Part shown: positions 21,901 through 36,880 of the stretch, in pieces | Position numbering within the stretch: the stretch's first letter is position 1 | Layout: every line of letters starts with the position of its first letter | Origin: Eledone cirrhosa | Taxonomy: Eukaryota | Reading direction: 5' to 3' | Assembly: GCA_964016885.1 (NCBI GenBank) | Contig: OZ024741.1 | Coordinates: 340,566,001-340,630,000 of the forward strand | DNA length: 64,000 nucleotides | Notes under the pieces: generated by a model | The model's database searches: none | What the model was told of the DNA's origin: nothing | The model's input: the letters and a program-made list of their open reading frames with translations, nothing else | Program-made: the position numbers and the translations under genes

Positions 21901-24900
21901 CCTCGCTATCACCTACGATAATGCTGTGAGTATCTTGACTGTTCCACACCTCAGCCTCGCTATCACCCACAGTAATACTGTGAGTATCTTGACTGTTCCA
22001 CACATCAGCCTCGCTATCACCTACAGTAATGCTGTGAGTATCTTGACTGTTCCACACCTCAGCCTCGCTATCACCTATAGTAATACTGTGAGTATCTTGA
22101 CTGTTCCACACCTCAGCCTCTCTATCACCTACAGTAATGTTGTGAGTATCTTGACTGTTCCACACCTCAGCCTCGCTATCACCTACAGTAATGCTGTGAG
22201 TATCTTGACTGTTCCACACCTCAGCCTCTCTATCACCTACAGTAATGCTGTGAGTATCTTGACTGTTCCACACCTCAGCCGCGCTATCACCTACAGTAAT
22301 GCTGTGAGTATCTTGACTGTTCCACACCTCAGCCTCTCTATCACCTACAGTAATGCTGTGAGTATCTTGACTGTTCCACACCTCAGCCTCGCTATCACCT
22401 ACAGTAATGCTGTGAGTATCTTGACTGTTCCACACCTCAGCCTCGCTATCACCTACAGTAATGCTGTGAGTATCTTGACTGTTCCACACCTCAGCCTCGC
22501 TATCACCTACAGTAATGCTGTGAGTATCTTGACTGTTCCACACCTCAGCCTCGCTATCACCTACAGTAATGCTGTGAGTATCTTGACTGTTCCACACCTC
22601 AGCCTCTCTATCACCTACAGTAATGCTGTGAGTATCTTGTCTGTTCCACACCTCAGCCTCGCTATCACCTACAGTAATGCTGTGAGTATCTTGACTGTTC
22701 CACACCTCAGCCTCGCTATCACCTACAGTAATGCTGTGCGTACCTTGACTGTTCCACACCTCAGCCTCGCTATCATCTACAGTAATACTGTGAGTATCTT
22801 GACTGTTCCACACCTCAGCCTCTCTATCACCTACAGTAATGCTGTGAGGGTCTTGACTGTTCCAAACCTCAGCCTCGCTATCACCTACAGTAATGCTGTG
22901 AGTATCTTGACAGTTCCACACCTCAGCCTCGTTATCAGCTACAGTAATGTTGTGAGGATCTTGACTGTTCCACACCTCTACCTCTCTATCACCTACAGAA
23001 CTGCTGTAAGTATCTTGACTGTTCCACACCTCAGCCTCGTTATCACCTACAGTAATGTTGTGAGGGTCTTGACGGTTCCAAACCTCAGCCTCTCTATCAC
23101 CTACAGAACTGCTGTAAGTATCTTGACTGTTCCACACCTCAGCCTCGTTATCACCTACAGTAATGTTGTGAGGGTCTTGACTGTTCCAAACCTCAGCCTC
23201 GCTATCACCTACAGTAATGCTGTGAGTATCTTGACTGTTCCACACCTCAGCCTCTCTATCACCTACAGAACTGCTGTAAGTATCTTGACTGTTCCACACC
23301 TCAGCTTCTCTATCACCTACAGTAATGCTGTGAGTATCTTGACTGTTCCACACCTCAGCCTCGCTATCACCTACAGTAATGTTGTGAGTATCTTGACTGT
23401 TCCACACCTCAGCCTCTCTATCACCTACAGTAATGTTGTGAGTATTTTGACTGTTCCACACCTCAGCCTCGCTATCACCTACAGTAATGCTGTGAGTATC
23501 TTGACTGTTCCACACCTCAGCCTCGCTATCACCTACAGTAATGCTGTGAGTATCTTGACTGTTCCACACCTCAGCCTCGCTATCACCTACAGTAATGCTG
23601 TGAGTATCTTGACTGTTCCACACCTCAGCCTCGCTATCACCTACAGTAATGCTGTGAGTATCTTGACTGTTCCACACCTCAGCCTCTCTATCACCTACAG
23701 TAATGCTGTGAGTATCTTGACTGTTCCACACCTCAGCCTCGCTATCACCTACAGTAATGTCGTGAGTATCTTGACTGTTCCACACCTCAGCCTCTCTATC
23801 ACCTACAGTAATGTTGTGAGTATCTTGACTGTTCCACACCTCAGCCTCGCTATCACCTACAGTAATGCTGTGAGTATCTTGACTGTTCCACACCTCAGCC
23901 TCGCTATCACCTACAGTAATGCTGTGAGTATCTTGACTGTTCCACACCTCAGCCTCGCTATCACCTACAGTAATGCTGTGAGTATCTTGACTGTTCCACA
24001 CCTCAGCCTCTCTATCACCTACAGTAATGCTGTGAGTATCTTGACTGTTCCACACCTCAGCCTCGCTATCACCTACAGTAATGCTGTGAATATCTTGACT
24101 GTTCCACACCTCAGCCTCGCTATCACCTACAGTAATGCTGTGAGTATCTTGACTGTTCCACACCTCAGCCTCTCTATCACCTACAGTAATGCTGTGAGTA
24201 TCTTGACTGTTCCACACCTCAGCCTCGCTATCACCTACAGTAATACTGTGAGGGTCTTGACTGTTCCACACCTCAGCCTCGCTATCACCTACAGTAATGC
24301 TGTGAGTATCTTGACTGTTCCACACCTCAGCCTCTCTATCACCTACAGTAATGTTGTGAGGGTCTTGACTGTTCCACACCTCAGCCTCTCTATCACCTAC
24401 AGTAATGCTGTGAGTATCTTGACTGTTCCACACCTCAGCCTCTCTATCACCTACAGTAATGCTGGGAGTATCTTGACTGTTCCACACCTCAGCCTCGCTA
24501 TCACCTACAGTAATGCTGTGAGTATCTTGACTGTTCCACACCTCAGCCTCGCTATCACCTACAGTAATACTGTGAGTATCTTGACTGTTCCACACCTCAG
24601 CCTCTCTATCACCTACAGTAATGCTGTGAGTATCTTGACTGTTCCACACCTCAGCCTCTCTATCACCTACAGTAATTCTGTGAGTATCTTGACTGTTCCA
24701 CACCTCAGCCTCGCTATCACCTACGATAATGCTGTGAGTATCTTGACTGTTCCACACCTCAGCCTCGCTATCACCCACAGTAATACTGTGAGTATCTTGA
24801 CTGTTCCACACCTCAGCCTCGCTATCACCTACAGTAATGCTGTGAGTATCTTGACTGTTCCACACCTCAGCCTCGCTATCACCTACAGTAATACTGTGAG

Positions 24901-27900
24901 TATCTTGACTGTTCCACACCTCAGCCTCTCTATCACCTACAGTAATGTTGTGAGTATCTTGACTGTTCCACACCTCAGCCTCGCTATCACCTACAGTAAT
25001 GCTGTGAGTATCTTGACTGTTCCACACCTCAGCCTCGCTATCACCTACAGTAATACTGTGAGTATCTTGACTGTTCCACACCTCAGCCTCTCTATCACCT
25101 ACAGTAATGCTGTGAGTATCTTGACTGTTCCACACCTCAGCCTCGCTATCACCTACAGTAATGTTGTGAGTATCTTGACTGTTCCACACCTCAGCCTCTC
25201 TATCACCTACAGTAATGCTGTGAATATCTTGACTGTTCCACACCTCAGCCTCGCTATCACCTACAGTAATGCTGTGAGTATCTTGACTGTTCCACACCTC
25301 AGCCTCTCTATCACCTACAGTAATGCTGTGAGTATCTTGACTGTTCCACACCTCAGCCTCGCTATCACCTACAGTAATGCTGTGAGTATCTTGACTGTTC
25401 CACACCTCAGCCTCGCTATCACCTACAGTAATGCTGTGAGTATCTTGACTGTTCCACACCTCAGCCTCTCTATCACCTACAGTAATGCTGTGAGTATCTT
25501 GACTGTTCCACACCTCAGCCTCGCTATCACCTACAGTAATGCTGTGAATATCTTGACTGTTCCACACCTCAGCCTCGCTATCACCTACAGTAATGCTGTG
25601 AGTATCTTGACTGTTCCACACCTCAGCCTCTCTATCACCTACAGTAATGCTGTGAGTATCTTGACTGTTCCACACCTCAGCCTCGCTATCACCTACAGTA
25701 ATACTGTGAGGGTCTTGACTGTTCCACACCTCAGCCTCGCTATCACCTACAGTAATGCTGTGAGTATCTTGACTGTTCCACACCTCAGCCTCTCTATCAC
25801 CTACAGTAATGTTGTGAGGGTCTTGACTGTTCCACACCTCAGCCTCTCTATCACCTACAGTAATGCTGTGAGTATCTTGACTGTTCCACACCTCAGCCTC
25901 TCTATCACCTACAGTAATGCTGGGAGTATCTTGACTGTTCCACACCTCAGCCTCGCTATCACCTACAGTAATGCTGTGAGTATCTTGACTGTTCCACACC
26001 TCAGCCTCGCTATCACCTACAGTAATACTGTGAGTATCTTGACTGTTCCACACCTCAGCCTCTCTATCACCTACAGTAATGCTGTGAGTATCTTGACTGT
26101 TCCACACCTCAGCCTCTCTATCACCTACAGTAATTCTGTGAGTATCTTGACTGTTCCACACCTCAGCCTCGCTATCACCTACGATAATGCTGTGAGTATC
26201 TTGACTGTTCCACACCTCAGCCTCGCTATCACCCACAGTAATACTGTGAGTATCTTGACTGTTCCACACCTCAGCCTCGCTATCACCTACAGTAATGCTG
26301 TGAGTATCTTGACTGTTCCACACCTCAGCCTCGCTATCACCTACAGTAATACTGTGAGTATCTTGACTGTTCCACACCTCAGCCTCTCTATCACCTACAG
26401 TAATGTTGTGAGTATCTTGACTGTTCCACACCTCAGCCTCGCTATCACCTACAGTAATGCTGTGAGTATCTTGACTGTTCCACACCTCAGCCTCGCTATC
26501 ACCTACAGTAATACTGTGAGTATCTTGACTGTTCCACACCTCAGCCTCTCTATCACCTACAGTAATGCTGTGAGTATCTTGACTGTTCCACACCTCAGCC
26601 TCGCTATCACCTACAGTAATGCTGTGAGTATCTTGACTGTTCCACACCTCAGCCTCGCTATCACCTACAGTAATGCTGGGAGTATCTTGACTGTTCCACA
26701 CCTCAGCCTCTCTATCACCTACAGTAATGCTGTTAGTATCTTGACTGTTCCACACCTCAGCCTCTCTATCACCTACAGTAATGCTGTGAGTATCTTGACT
26801 GTTCCACACCTCAGCCTCGCTATCACCTACAGTAATGCTGTGAGTATCTTGACTGTTCCACACCTCAGCCTCTCTATCACCTACAGTAATGCTGTGAGTA
26901 TCTTGACTGTTCCACACCTCAGCCTCTCTATCACCTACAGAACTGCTGTGAGGTTTTTGACTGTTCCACACCTCAGCCTCTCTATCACCTACAGTAATGC
27001 TGTAAGTATCTTGACCGTTCCACACCTCAGCCTCTCTATCACCTACAGTAACGTTGTGAGTATCTTGACTGTTCCACACCTCAGCCTCTCTATCACCTAC
27101 AGTAATGCTGTGAGTATCTTGACTGTTCCACACCTCAGCCTCGCTATCCCCTACAGTAATACTGTGAGGGTCTTGACTGTTCCACACCTCAGCCTCGCTA
27201 TCACCTACAGTAATGCGGTGAGTATCTTGACCGTTCCACAACTCAGCCTCTCTATCACCTACAGTAATGTTGTGAGGGTCTTGACTGTTCCACACCTCAG
27301 CCTCTCTATCACCTACAGTAATGCTGTGAGTATCTTGACTGTTCCACACCTCAGCCTCTCTATCAACTACAGTAATGTTGTGAGTATCTTGACTGTTCCA
27401 CACCTCAGCCTCTCTATCACCTACAGTAATGTTGTGAGTATCTTGACTGTTCCACACCTCAGCCTCGCTATCACCTACAGTAATGCTGTGAGTATCTTGA
27501 CTGTTCCACACCTCAGCCTCGCTATCACCTACAGTAATGTTGTGAGTATCTTGACTGTTCCACACCTCAGCCTCTCTATCACCTACAGTAATGCTGTGAG
27601 TATCTTGACTGTTCCACACCTCAGCCTCGCTATCACCTACAGTAATACTGTGAGGGTCTTGACTGTTCCACACCTCAGCCTCGCTATCACCTACATTAAT
27701 GCTGTGAGTATCTTGACTGTTCCACACCTCAGCCTCGCTATCACCTACAGTAATGCTGTGAGGGTCTTGACTGTTCCACACCTCAGCCTCTCTATCACCT
27801 ACAGTAATGCTGTGAGTATCTTGACTGTTCCACACCTCAGCCTCTCTATCACCTACAGTAATGCTGGGAGTATCTTGACTGTTCCATACCTCAGCCTCGC

Positions 27901-30900
27901 TATCACCTACAGTAATGCTGTGAGTATCTTGACTGTTCCACACCTCAGCCTCGCTATCACCTACAGTAATGCTGTGAGTATCTTGACTGTTCCACACCTC
28001 AGCCTCTCTATCACCTACAGTAATTCTGTGAGTATCTTGACTGTTCCACACCTCAGCCTCGCTATCACCTACGATAATGCTGTGAGTATCTTGACTGTTC
28101 CACACCTCAGCCTCGCTATTACCTACAGTAATACTGTGAGTATCTTGACTGTTCCACACCTCAGCCTCTCTATCACCTACAGTAATGCTGTGAGTATCTT
28201 GACTGTTCCACACCTCAGTCTCTCTATCACCTACAGAACTGCTGTGAGGGTTTGACTGTTCCACACCTCAGCCTCTCTATCACCTACAGTAATGCTGTGA
28301 GTATCTTGACTGTTCCACACCTCAGCCTCTCTATCACCTACAGTAATGCTGTGGGTATCTTGACTGTTCCACACCTCAGTCTCTCTATCACCTACAGAAC
28401 TGCTGTGAGGGTTTGACTGTTTCACACCTCAGCCTCTCTATCACCTACAGTAATGCTGTGAGTATCTTGACTGTTCCACACCTCAGCCTCTCTATCACCT
28501 ACAGTAATGTTGTGAGTATCTTGACTGTTCCACACCTCAGCCTCTCTATCACCTACAGTAATGCTGTGAGGGTTTGACTGTTCCACACCTCAGCCTCTCT
28601 ATCACCTACAGAATTGCTGTGAGGGTTTGACTGTTCCACACCTCAGCCTCTCTATCACCTACATTAATGCTGTGAGTATCTTGACTGTTCCACACCTCAG
28701 CCTCTCTATCACCTACAGTAATGTTGTGAGTATCTTGACTGTTCCACACCTCAGCCTCTCTATCACCTACAGTAATACTGTGAGTATCTTGACTGTTCCA
28801 CACCTCAGCCTCGCTATCACCTACAGTAATGCTGTGAGGGTTTGACTGTTCCACACCTCAGCCTCTCTATCACCTACAGAATTGCTGTGAGGGTTTGACT
28901 GTTCCACACCTCAGCCTCTCTATCACCTACAGAATTGCTGTGAGGGTTTGACTGTTCCACACCTCAGCCTCTCTATCACCTACATTAATGCTGTGAGTAT
29001 CTTGACTGTTCCACACCTCAGCCTCTCTATCACCTACAGTAATGTTGTGAGTATCTTGACTGTTCCACACCTCAGCCTCGCTATCACCTACAGTAATGCT
29101 GTGAGGGTCTTGACTGTTCCACACCTCAGCCTCTCTATCACCTACAGTAATGCTGTGAGTATCTTGACTGTTCCACACCTCAGCCTCTCTATCACCTACA
29201 GTAATGCGGGGAGTATCTTGACTGTTCTACACCTCAGCCTCTCTATCACCTACAGTAATGCTGTGAGTATCTTGACTGTTCCACACCTCAGCCTCTCTAT
29301 CACCTACAGTAATGCTGTGAGTATCTTGACTGTTCCACACCTCAGCCTCGCTATCACCTACAGTAATGCTGTGAGGGTCTTGATTGTTCCACACCTCAGC
29401 CTCTCTATCACCTACAGTAATGCGGTTAGTATCTTGACTGTTCCACACCTCAGCCTTGCTATCATCTTCAGTAATGCTGTGAGGGTCTTGACTGTTCTAC
29501 ACCTCAGCCTCTCTATCACCTACAGTAATGCTGTGAGTATCTTGACTGTTCCACACCTCAGCCTCTCTATCACCTACAGTAATGTTGTGAGTATCTTGAC
29601 TGTTCCACACCTCAGCCTCTCTATCACCTACAGTAATGCTGTGAGTATCTTGACTGTTCCACACCTCAGCCTTGCTATCATCTACAGTAATGCTGTGACG
29701 GTCTTGACTGTTCTACACCTCAGCCTCTCTATCACCTACAGTAATGCCGTGAGTATCTTGACTGTTCCACACCTCAGCCTCGCTATCACCTACAGTAATG
29801 CTGTGAGTATCTTGACTGTTCCACACCTCAGCCTCTCTATCACCTACAGTAATGCTGTGAGTATCTTGACTGTTCCACACCTCAGCCTCGCTATCACCTA
29901 CAGTAATGCTGTGAGTATCTTGACTGTTCCACACCTCAGCCTCTCTATCACCTACAGTAATGTTGTGAGTATCTTGACTGTTCCACACCTCAGCCTCTCT
30001 ATCACCTACAGTAATGCTGTGAGTATCTTGACTGTTCCACACCTCAGCCTCTCTATCACCTACAGTAATGTTGTGAGTATCTTGACTGTTCCACACCTCA
30101 GCCTCGCTATCACCTACAGTAATGCTGTGAGTATCTTGACTGTTCCACACCTCAGCCTCTCTATCACCTACAGTAATGCTGTGAGTATCTTGACTGTTCC
30201 ACACCTCAGCCTCTCTATCACCTACAGTAATGCTGTGAGTATCTTGACTGTTCCACACCTCAGCCTCGCTATCACCTACAGTAATGTTGTGAGTATCTTG
30301 ACTGTTCCACACCTCAGCCTCGCTATCACCTACAGTAATGCTGTGAGTATCTTGACAGTTCCACACCTCAGCCTCGCTATCACCTACAGTAATGCTGTGA
30401 GTATCTTGACTGTTCCACACCTCAGCCTCGCTATCACCTACAGTAATGCTGTGAGTATCTTGACTGTTCCACACCTCAGTCTCTCTATCACCTACAGAAC
30501 TGCTGTGAGGGTCTTGACTGTTCCACACCTCAGCCTCTCTATCACCTACAGTAATGCTGTGAGTATCTTGACTGTTCCACACCTCAGCCTCGCTATCACC
30601 TACAGTAATGCTGTGAGTATCTTGACTGTTCCACACCTCAGCCTCGCTATCACCTACAGTAATGTTGTGAGGGTCTTGACTGTTCCACACCTCAGCCTCG
30701 CTATCACCTACAGTAATACTGTGAGTATCTTGACTGTTCCACACCTCAGTCTCTCTATCACCTACAGTAATGCTGTGAGTATCTTGACTGTTCCACACCT
30801 CAGCCTCGCTATCACCTACAGAACTGCTGTGAGGGTCTTGACTGTTCCACACCTCAGCCTCTCTATCACCTACAGTAATGCTGTGAGGGTCTTGACTGTT

Positions 30901-31799
30901 CCACACCTCAGCCTCGCTATCACCTACAGTAATGCTGTGAGTATCTTGACTGTTCCACACCTCAGCCTCTTTATCACCTACAGTAATGCTGTGAGTATCT
31001 TGACTGTTCCACACCTCAGCCTCTCTATCACCTACAGTAATGCTGTGAGTATCTTGACTGTTCCACACCTCAGCCTCGCTATCACCTACAGTAATGCTGT
31101 GAGTATCTTGACTGTTCCACACCTCAGCCTCGCTATCACCTACAGTAATGCTGTGAGTATCTTGACTGTTCCACACCTCAGCCTCGCTATCACCTACAGT
31201 AATGCTGTGAGTATCTTGACTGTTCCACACCTCAGCCCCGCTATCACCTACAGTAATGCTGTGAGTATCTTGACTGTTCCACACCTCAGCCTCGCTATCA
31301 CCTACAGAAATGCTATGAGTATCTTGACTGTTCCACACCTCAGCCTCGCTATCACCTATAGTAATGCTGTGAGTATCTTGACTGTTCCACACCTCAGCCT
31401 CGCTATCACCTACAGTAATGCTGTGAGTATCTTGACTGTTCCACACCTCAGCCTCGCTATCACCTACAGTAATTCTGTGAGTATCTTGACTGTTCCACAC
31501 CTCAGCCTCGCTATCACCTACAGTAATGCTGTGAGGGTCTTGACTGTTCCACACCTCAGCCTCTCTATCACCTACAGTAATGTTGTGAGTATCTTGACTG
31601 TTCCACACCTCAGCCTCGCTATCACCTACAGTAATGCTGTGAGTATCTTGACTGTTCCACACCTCAGCCTCTCTATCACCTACAGTAATGTTGTGAGTAT
31701 CTTGACTGTTCCACACCTCAGCCTCGCTATCACCTACAGTAATGCTGTGAGTATCTTGACTGTTCCACACCTCAGCCTCTCTATCACCTACAGTAATGT

Positions 31800-34700
31800 T
31801 GTGAGTATCTTGACTGTTCCACACCTCAGCCGCGCTATCACCTACAGTAATGCTGTGAGGGTCTTGACTGTTCCACACCTCAGCCTCGCTATCACCTACA
31901 GTAATGCTGTGAGTATCTTGACTGTTCCACACCTCAGCCTCTCTATCACCTACAGTAATGCTGTGAGTATCTTGACTGTTCCACACCTCAGCCTCGCTAT
32001 CACCTACAGTAATGCTGTGAGTATCTTGACAGTTCCACACCTCAGCCTCGCTATCACCTACAGTAATGCTGTGAGTATCTTGACTGTTCCACACCTCAGC
32101 CTCGCTATCACCTACAGTAATGCTGTGAGTATCTTGACTGTTCCACACCTCAGTCTCTCTATCACCTACAGAACTGCTGTGAGGGTCTTGACTGTTCCAC
32201 ACCTCAGCCTCTCTATCACCTACAGTAATGCTGTGAGTATCTTGACTGTTCCACACCTCAGCCTCGCTATCACCTACAGTAATGCTGTGAGTATCTTGAC
32301 TGTTCCACACCTCAGCCTCGCTATCACCTACAGTAATGTTGTGAGGGTCTTGACTGTTCCACACCTCAGCCTCGCTATCACCCACAGTAATGCTGTGAGT
32401 ATCTTGACTGTTCCACACCTCAGCCTCGCTATCACCTACAGTAATGTTGTGAGGGTCTTGACTGTTCCACACCTCAGCCTCGCTATCACCCACAGTAATA
32501 CTGTGAGTATCTTGACTGTTCCACACCTCAGCATCGCTATCACCTACAGTAATGCTGTGAGTATCTTGACTGTTCCACACCTCAGCCTCGCTATCACCTA
32601 CAGTAATGCTGTGAGGGTCTTGACTGTTCCACACCTCAGCCTCGCTATCACCTACAGTAATACTGTGAGTATCTTGACTGTTCCACACCTCAGCCTCGCT
32701 ATCACCTACAGTAATGCTGTGAGTATCTTGACTGTTCCACACCTCAGCCTCGCTATCACCTACAGTAATGCTGTGAGTATCTTGACTGTTCCACACCTCA
32801 GTCTCTCTATCACCTACAGTAATGCTGTGAGTATCTTGACTGTTCCACACCTCAGCCTCGCTATCACCTACAGAACTGCTGTGAGGGTCTTGACTGTTCC
32901 ACACCTCAGCCTCTCTATCACCTACAGTAATGCTGTGAGGGTCTTGACTGTTCCACACCTCAGCCTCGCTATCACCTACAGTAATGCTGTGAGTATCTTG
33001 ACTGTTCCACACCTCAGCCTCGCTATCACCTACAGTAATGCTGTGAGTATCTTGACTGTTCCACACCTCAGCCCCGCTATCACCTACAGTAATGCTGTGA
33101 GTATCTTGACTGTTCCACACCTCAGCCTCGCTATCACCTACAGAAATGCTATGAGTATCTTGACTGTTCCACACCTCAGCCTCGCTATCACCTACAGTAA
33201 TGCTGTGAGTATCTTGACTGTTCCACACCTCAGCCTCGCTATCACCTACAGTAATGCTGTGAGTATCTTGACTGTTCCACACCTCAGCCTCGCTATCACC
33301 TACAGTAATTCTGTGAGTATCTTGACTGTTCCACACCTCAGCCTCGCTATCACCTACAGTAATGCTGTGAGGGTCTTGACTGTTCCACACCTCAGCCTCT
33401 CTATCACCTACAGTAATGTTGTGAGTATCTTGACTGTTCCACACCTCAGCCTCGCTATCACCTACAGTAATGCTGTGAGTATCTTGACTGTTCCACACCT
33501 CAGCCTCTCTATCACCTACAGTAATGTTGTGAGTATCTTGACTGTTCCACACCTCAGCCTCGCTATCACCTACAGTAATGCTGTGAGTATCTTGACTGTT
33601 CCACACCTCAGCCTCTCTATCACCTACAGTAATGTTGTGAGTATCTTGACTGTTCCACACCTCAGCCGCGCTATCACCTACAGTAATGCTGTGAGGGTCT
33701 TGACTGTTCCACACCTCAGCCTCTCTATCACCTACAGTAATGCTGTGAGTACCTTGACTGTTCCACATTTCAGCCTCTCTATCACCTACAGTAATGCTGT
33801 GAGTATCTTGACTGTTCCACACCTCAGCCTCGCTATCACCTACAGTAATGCTGTGAGTATCTTGACTGTTCCGCACCTCAGCCTCGCTATCACCTACAGT
33901 AATGCTGTGAGTATCTTGACAGTTCCACACCTCAGCCTCTCTATCACCTACAGTAATGCTGTGAGTATCTTGACTGTTCCACACCTCAGACTCGCTATCA
34001 CCTACAGTAATGCTGTGAGTATCTTGACTGTTCCACACCTCAGCCTCTCTATCACCCACAGTAATGCTGTGAGTATCTTGACTGTTCCAAACCTCAGCCT
34101 CGCTATCACCTACAGTAATGCTGTGAGTATCTTGACTGTTCCACACCTCAGCCTCTCTATCACCTACAGTAATGCTGTGAGTATCTTGACTGTTCCACAC
34201 CTCAGCCTCACTATCACCTACAGAACTGCTGTGAGTATCTTGACTGTTCCACACCTCAGCCTCTCTATCACCTACAGTAATGCTGTGAGTATCTTGACTG
34301 TTCCACACCTCAGCCTCTCAATCACCTACAGTAATGCTGTGAGTATCTTGACTGTTCCACACCTCAGCCGCGCTATCACCTACAGTAATGCTGTGAGGGT
34401 CTTGACTGTTCCACACCTCAGCCTCGCTATCACCTACAGTAATGCTGTGAGTATCTTGACTGTTCCACACCTCAGCCTCTCTATCACCTACAGTAATGCT
34501 GTGAGTATCTTGACTGTTCCACACCTCAGCCTCGCTATCACCTACAGTAATGCTGTGAGTATCTTGACAGTTCCACACCTCAGCCTCGCTATCACCTACA
34601 GTAATGCTGTGAGTATCTTGACTGTTCCACACCTCAGCCTCGCTATCACCTACAGTAATGCTGTGAGTATCTTGACTGTTCCACACCTCAGTCTCTCTAT

Positions 34701-36880
34701 CACCTACAGAACTGCTGTGAGGGTCTTGACTGTTCCACACCTCAGCCTCTCTATCACCTACAGTAATGCTGTGAGTATCTTGACTGTTCCACACCTCAGC
34801 CTCGCTATCACCTACAGTAATGCTGTGAGTATCTTGACTGTTCCACACCTCAGCCTCGCTATCACCTACAGTAATGTTGTGAGGGTCTTGACTGTTCCAC
34901 ACCTCAGCCTCGCTATCACCCACAGTAATGCTGTGAGTATCTTGACTGTTCCACACCTCAGCCTCGCTATCACCTACAGTAATGTTGTGAGGGTCTTGAC
35001 TGTTCCACACCTCAGCCTCGCTATCACCCACAGTAATACTGTGAGTATCTTGACTGTTCCACACCTCAGCATCGCTATCACCTACAGTAATGCTGTGAGT
35101 ATCTTGACTGTTCCACACCTCAGCCTCGCTATCACCTACAGTAATGCTGTGAGGGTCTTGACTGTTCCACACCTCAGCCTCGCTATCACCTACAGTAATA
35201 CTGTGAGTATCTTGACTGTTCCACACCTCAGCCTCGCTATCACCTACAGTAATGCTGTGAGTATCTTGACTGTTCCACACCTCAGCCTCGCTATCACCTA
35301 CAGTAATGCTGTGAGTATCTTGACTGTTCCACACCTCAGTCTCTCTATCACCTACAGTAATGCTGTGAGTATCTTGACTGTTCCACACCTCAGCCTCGCT
35401 ATCACCTACAGAACTGCTGTGAGGGTCTTGACTGTTCCACACCTCAGCCTCTCTATCACCTACAGTAATGCTGTGAGGGTCTTGACTGTTCCACACCTCA
35501 GCCTCGCTATCACCTACAGTAATGCTGTGAGTATCTTGACTGTTCCACACCTCAGCCTCGCTATCACCTACAGTAATGCTGTGAGTATCTTGACTGTTCC
35601 ACACCTCAGCCCCGCTATCACCTACAGTAATGCTGTGAGTATCTTGACTGTTCCACACCTCAGCCTCGCTATCACCTACAGAAATGCTATGAGTATCTTG
35701 ACTGTTCCACACCTCAGCCTCGCTATCACCTACAGTAATGCTGTGAGTATCTTGACTGTTCCACACCTCAGCCTCGCTATCACCTACAGTAATGCTGTGA
35801 GTATCTTGACTGTTCCACACCTCAGCCTCGCTATCACCTACAGTAATTCTGTGAGTATCTTGACTGTTCCACACCTCAGCCTCGCTATCACCTACAGTAA
35901 TGCTGTGAGGGTCTTGACTGTTCCACACCTCAGCCTCTCTATCACCTACAGTAATGTTGTGAGTATCTTGACTGTTCCACACCTCAGCCTCGCTATCACC
36001 TACAGTAATGCTGTGAGTATCTTGACTGTTCCACACCTCAGCCTCTCTATCACCTACAGTAATGTTGTGAGTATCTTGACTGTTCCACACCTCAGCCTCG
36101 CTATCACCTACAGTAATGCTGTGAGTATCTTGACTGTTCCACACCTCAGCCTCTCTATCACCTACAGTAATGTTGTGAGTATCTTGACTGTTCCACACCT
36201 CAGCCGCGCTATCACCTACAGTAATGCTGTGAGGGTCTTGACTGTTCCACACCTCAGCCTCTCTATCACCTACAGTAATGCTGTGAGTACCTTGACTGTT
36301 CCACATTTCAGCCTCTCTATCACCTACAGTAATGCTGTGAGTATCTTGACTGTTCCACACCTCAGCCTCGCTATCACCTACAGTAATGCTGTGAGTATCT
36401 TGACTGTTCCGCACCTCAGCCTCGCTATCACCTACAGTAATGCTGTGAGTATCTTGACAGTTCCACACCTCAGCCTCTCTATCACCTACAGTAATGCTGT
36501 GAGTATCTTGACTGTTCCACACCTCAGACTCGCTATCACCTACAGTAATGCTGTGAGTATCTTGACTGTTCCACACCTCAGCCTCTCTATCACCCACAGT
36601 AATGCTGTGAGTATCTTGACTGTTCCAAACCTCAGCCTCGCTATCACCTACAGTAATGCTGTGAGTATCTTGACTGTTCCACACCTCAGCCTCTCTATCA
36701 CCTACAGTAATGCTGTGAGTATCTTGACTGTTCCACACCTCAGCCTCACTATCACCTACAGAACTGCTGTGAGTATCTTGACTGTTCCACACCTCAGCCT
36801 CTCTATCACCTACAGTAATGCTGTGAGTATCTTGACTGTTCCACACCTCAGCCTCTCAATCACCTACAGTAATGCTGTGA
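31800..36880. repeat. Higher-order duplication, 2538-bp (47-monomer) period
   Basis: The rare variant CTCTCAATC, a minus-strand stop, occurs at 34318 and 36856 with the same upstream variant order. Boundaries are approximate. Confidence 0.85.
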
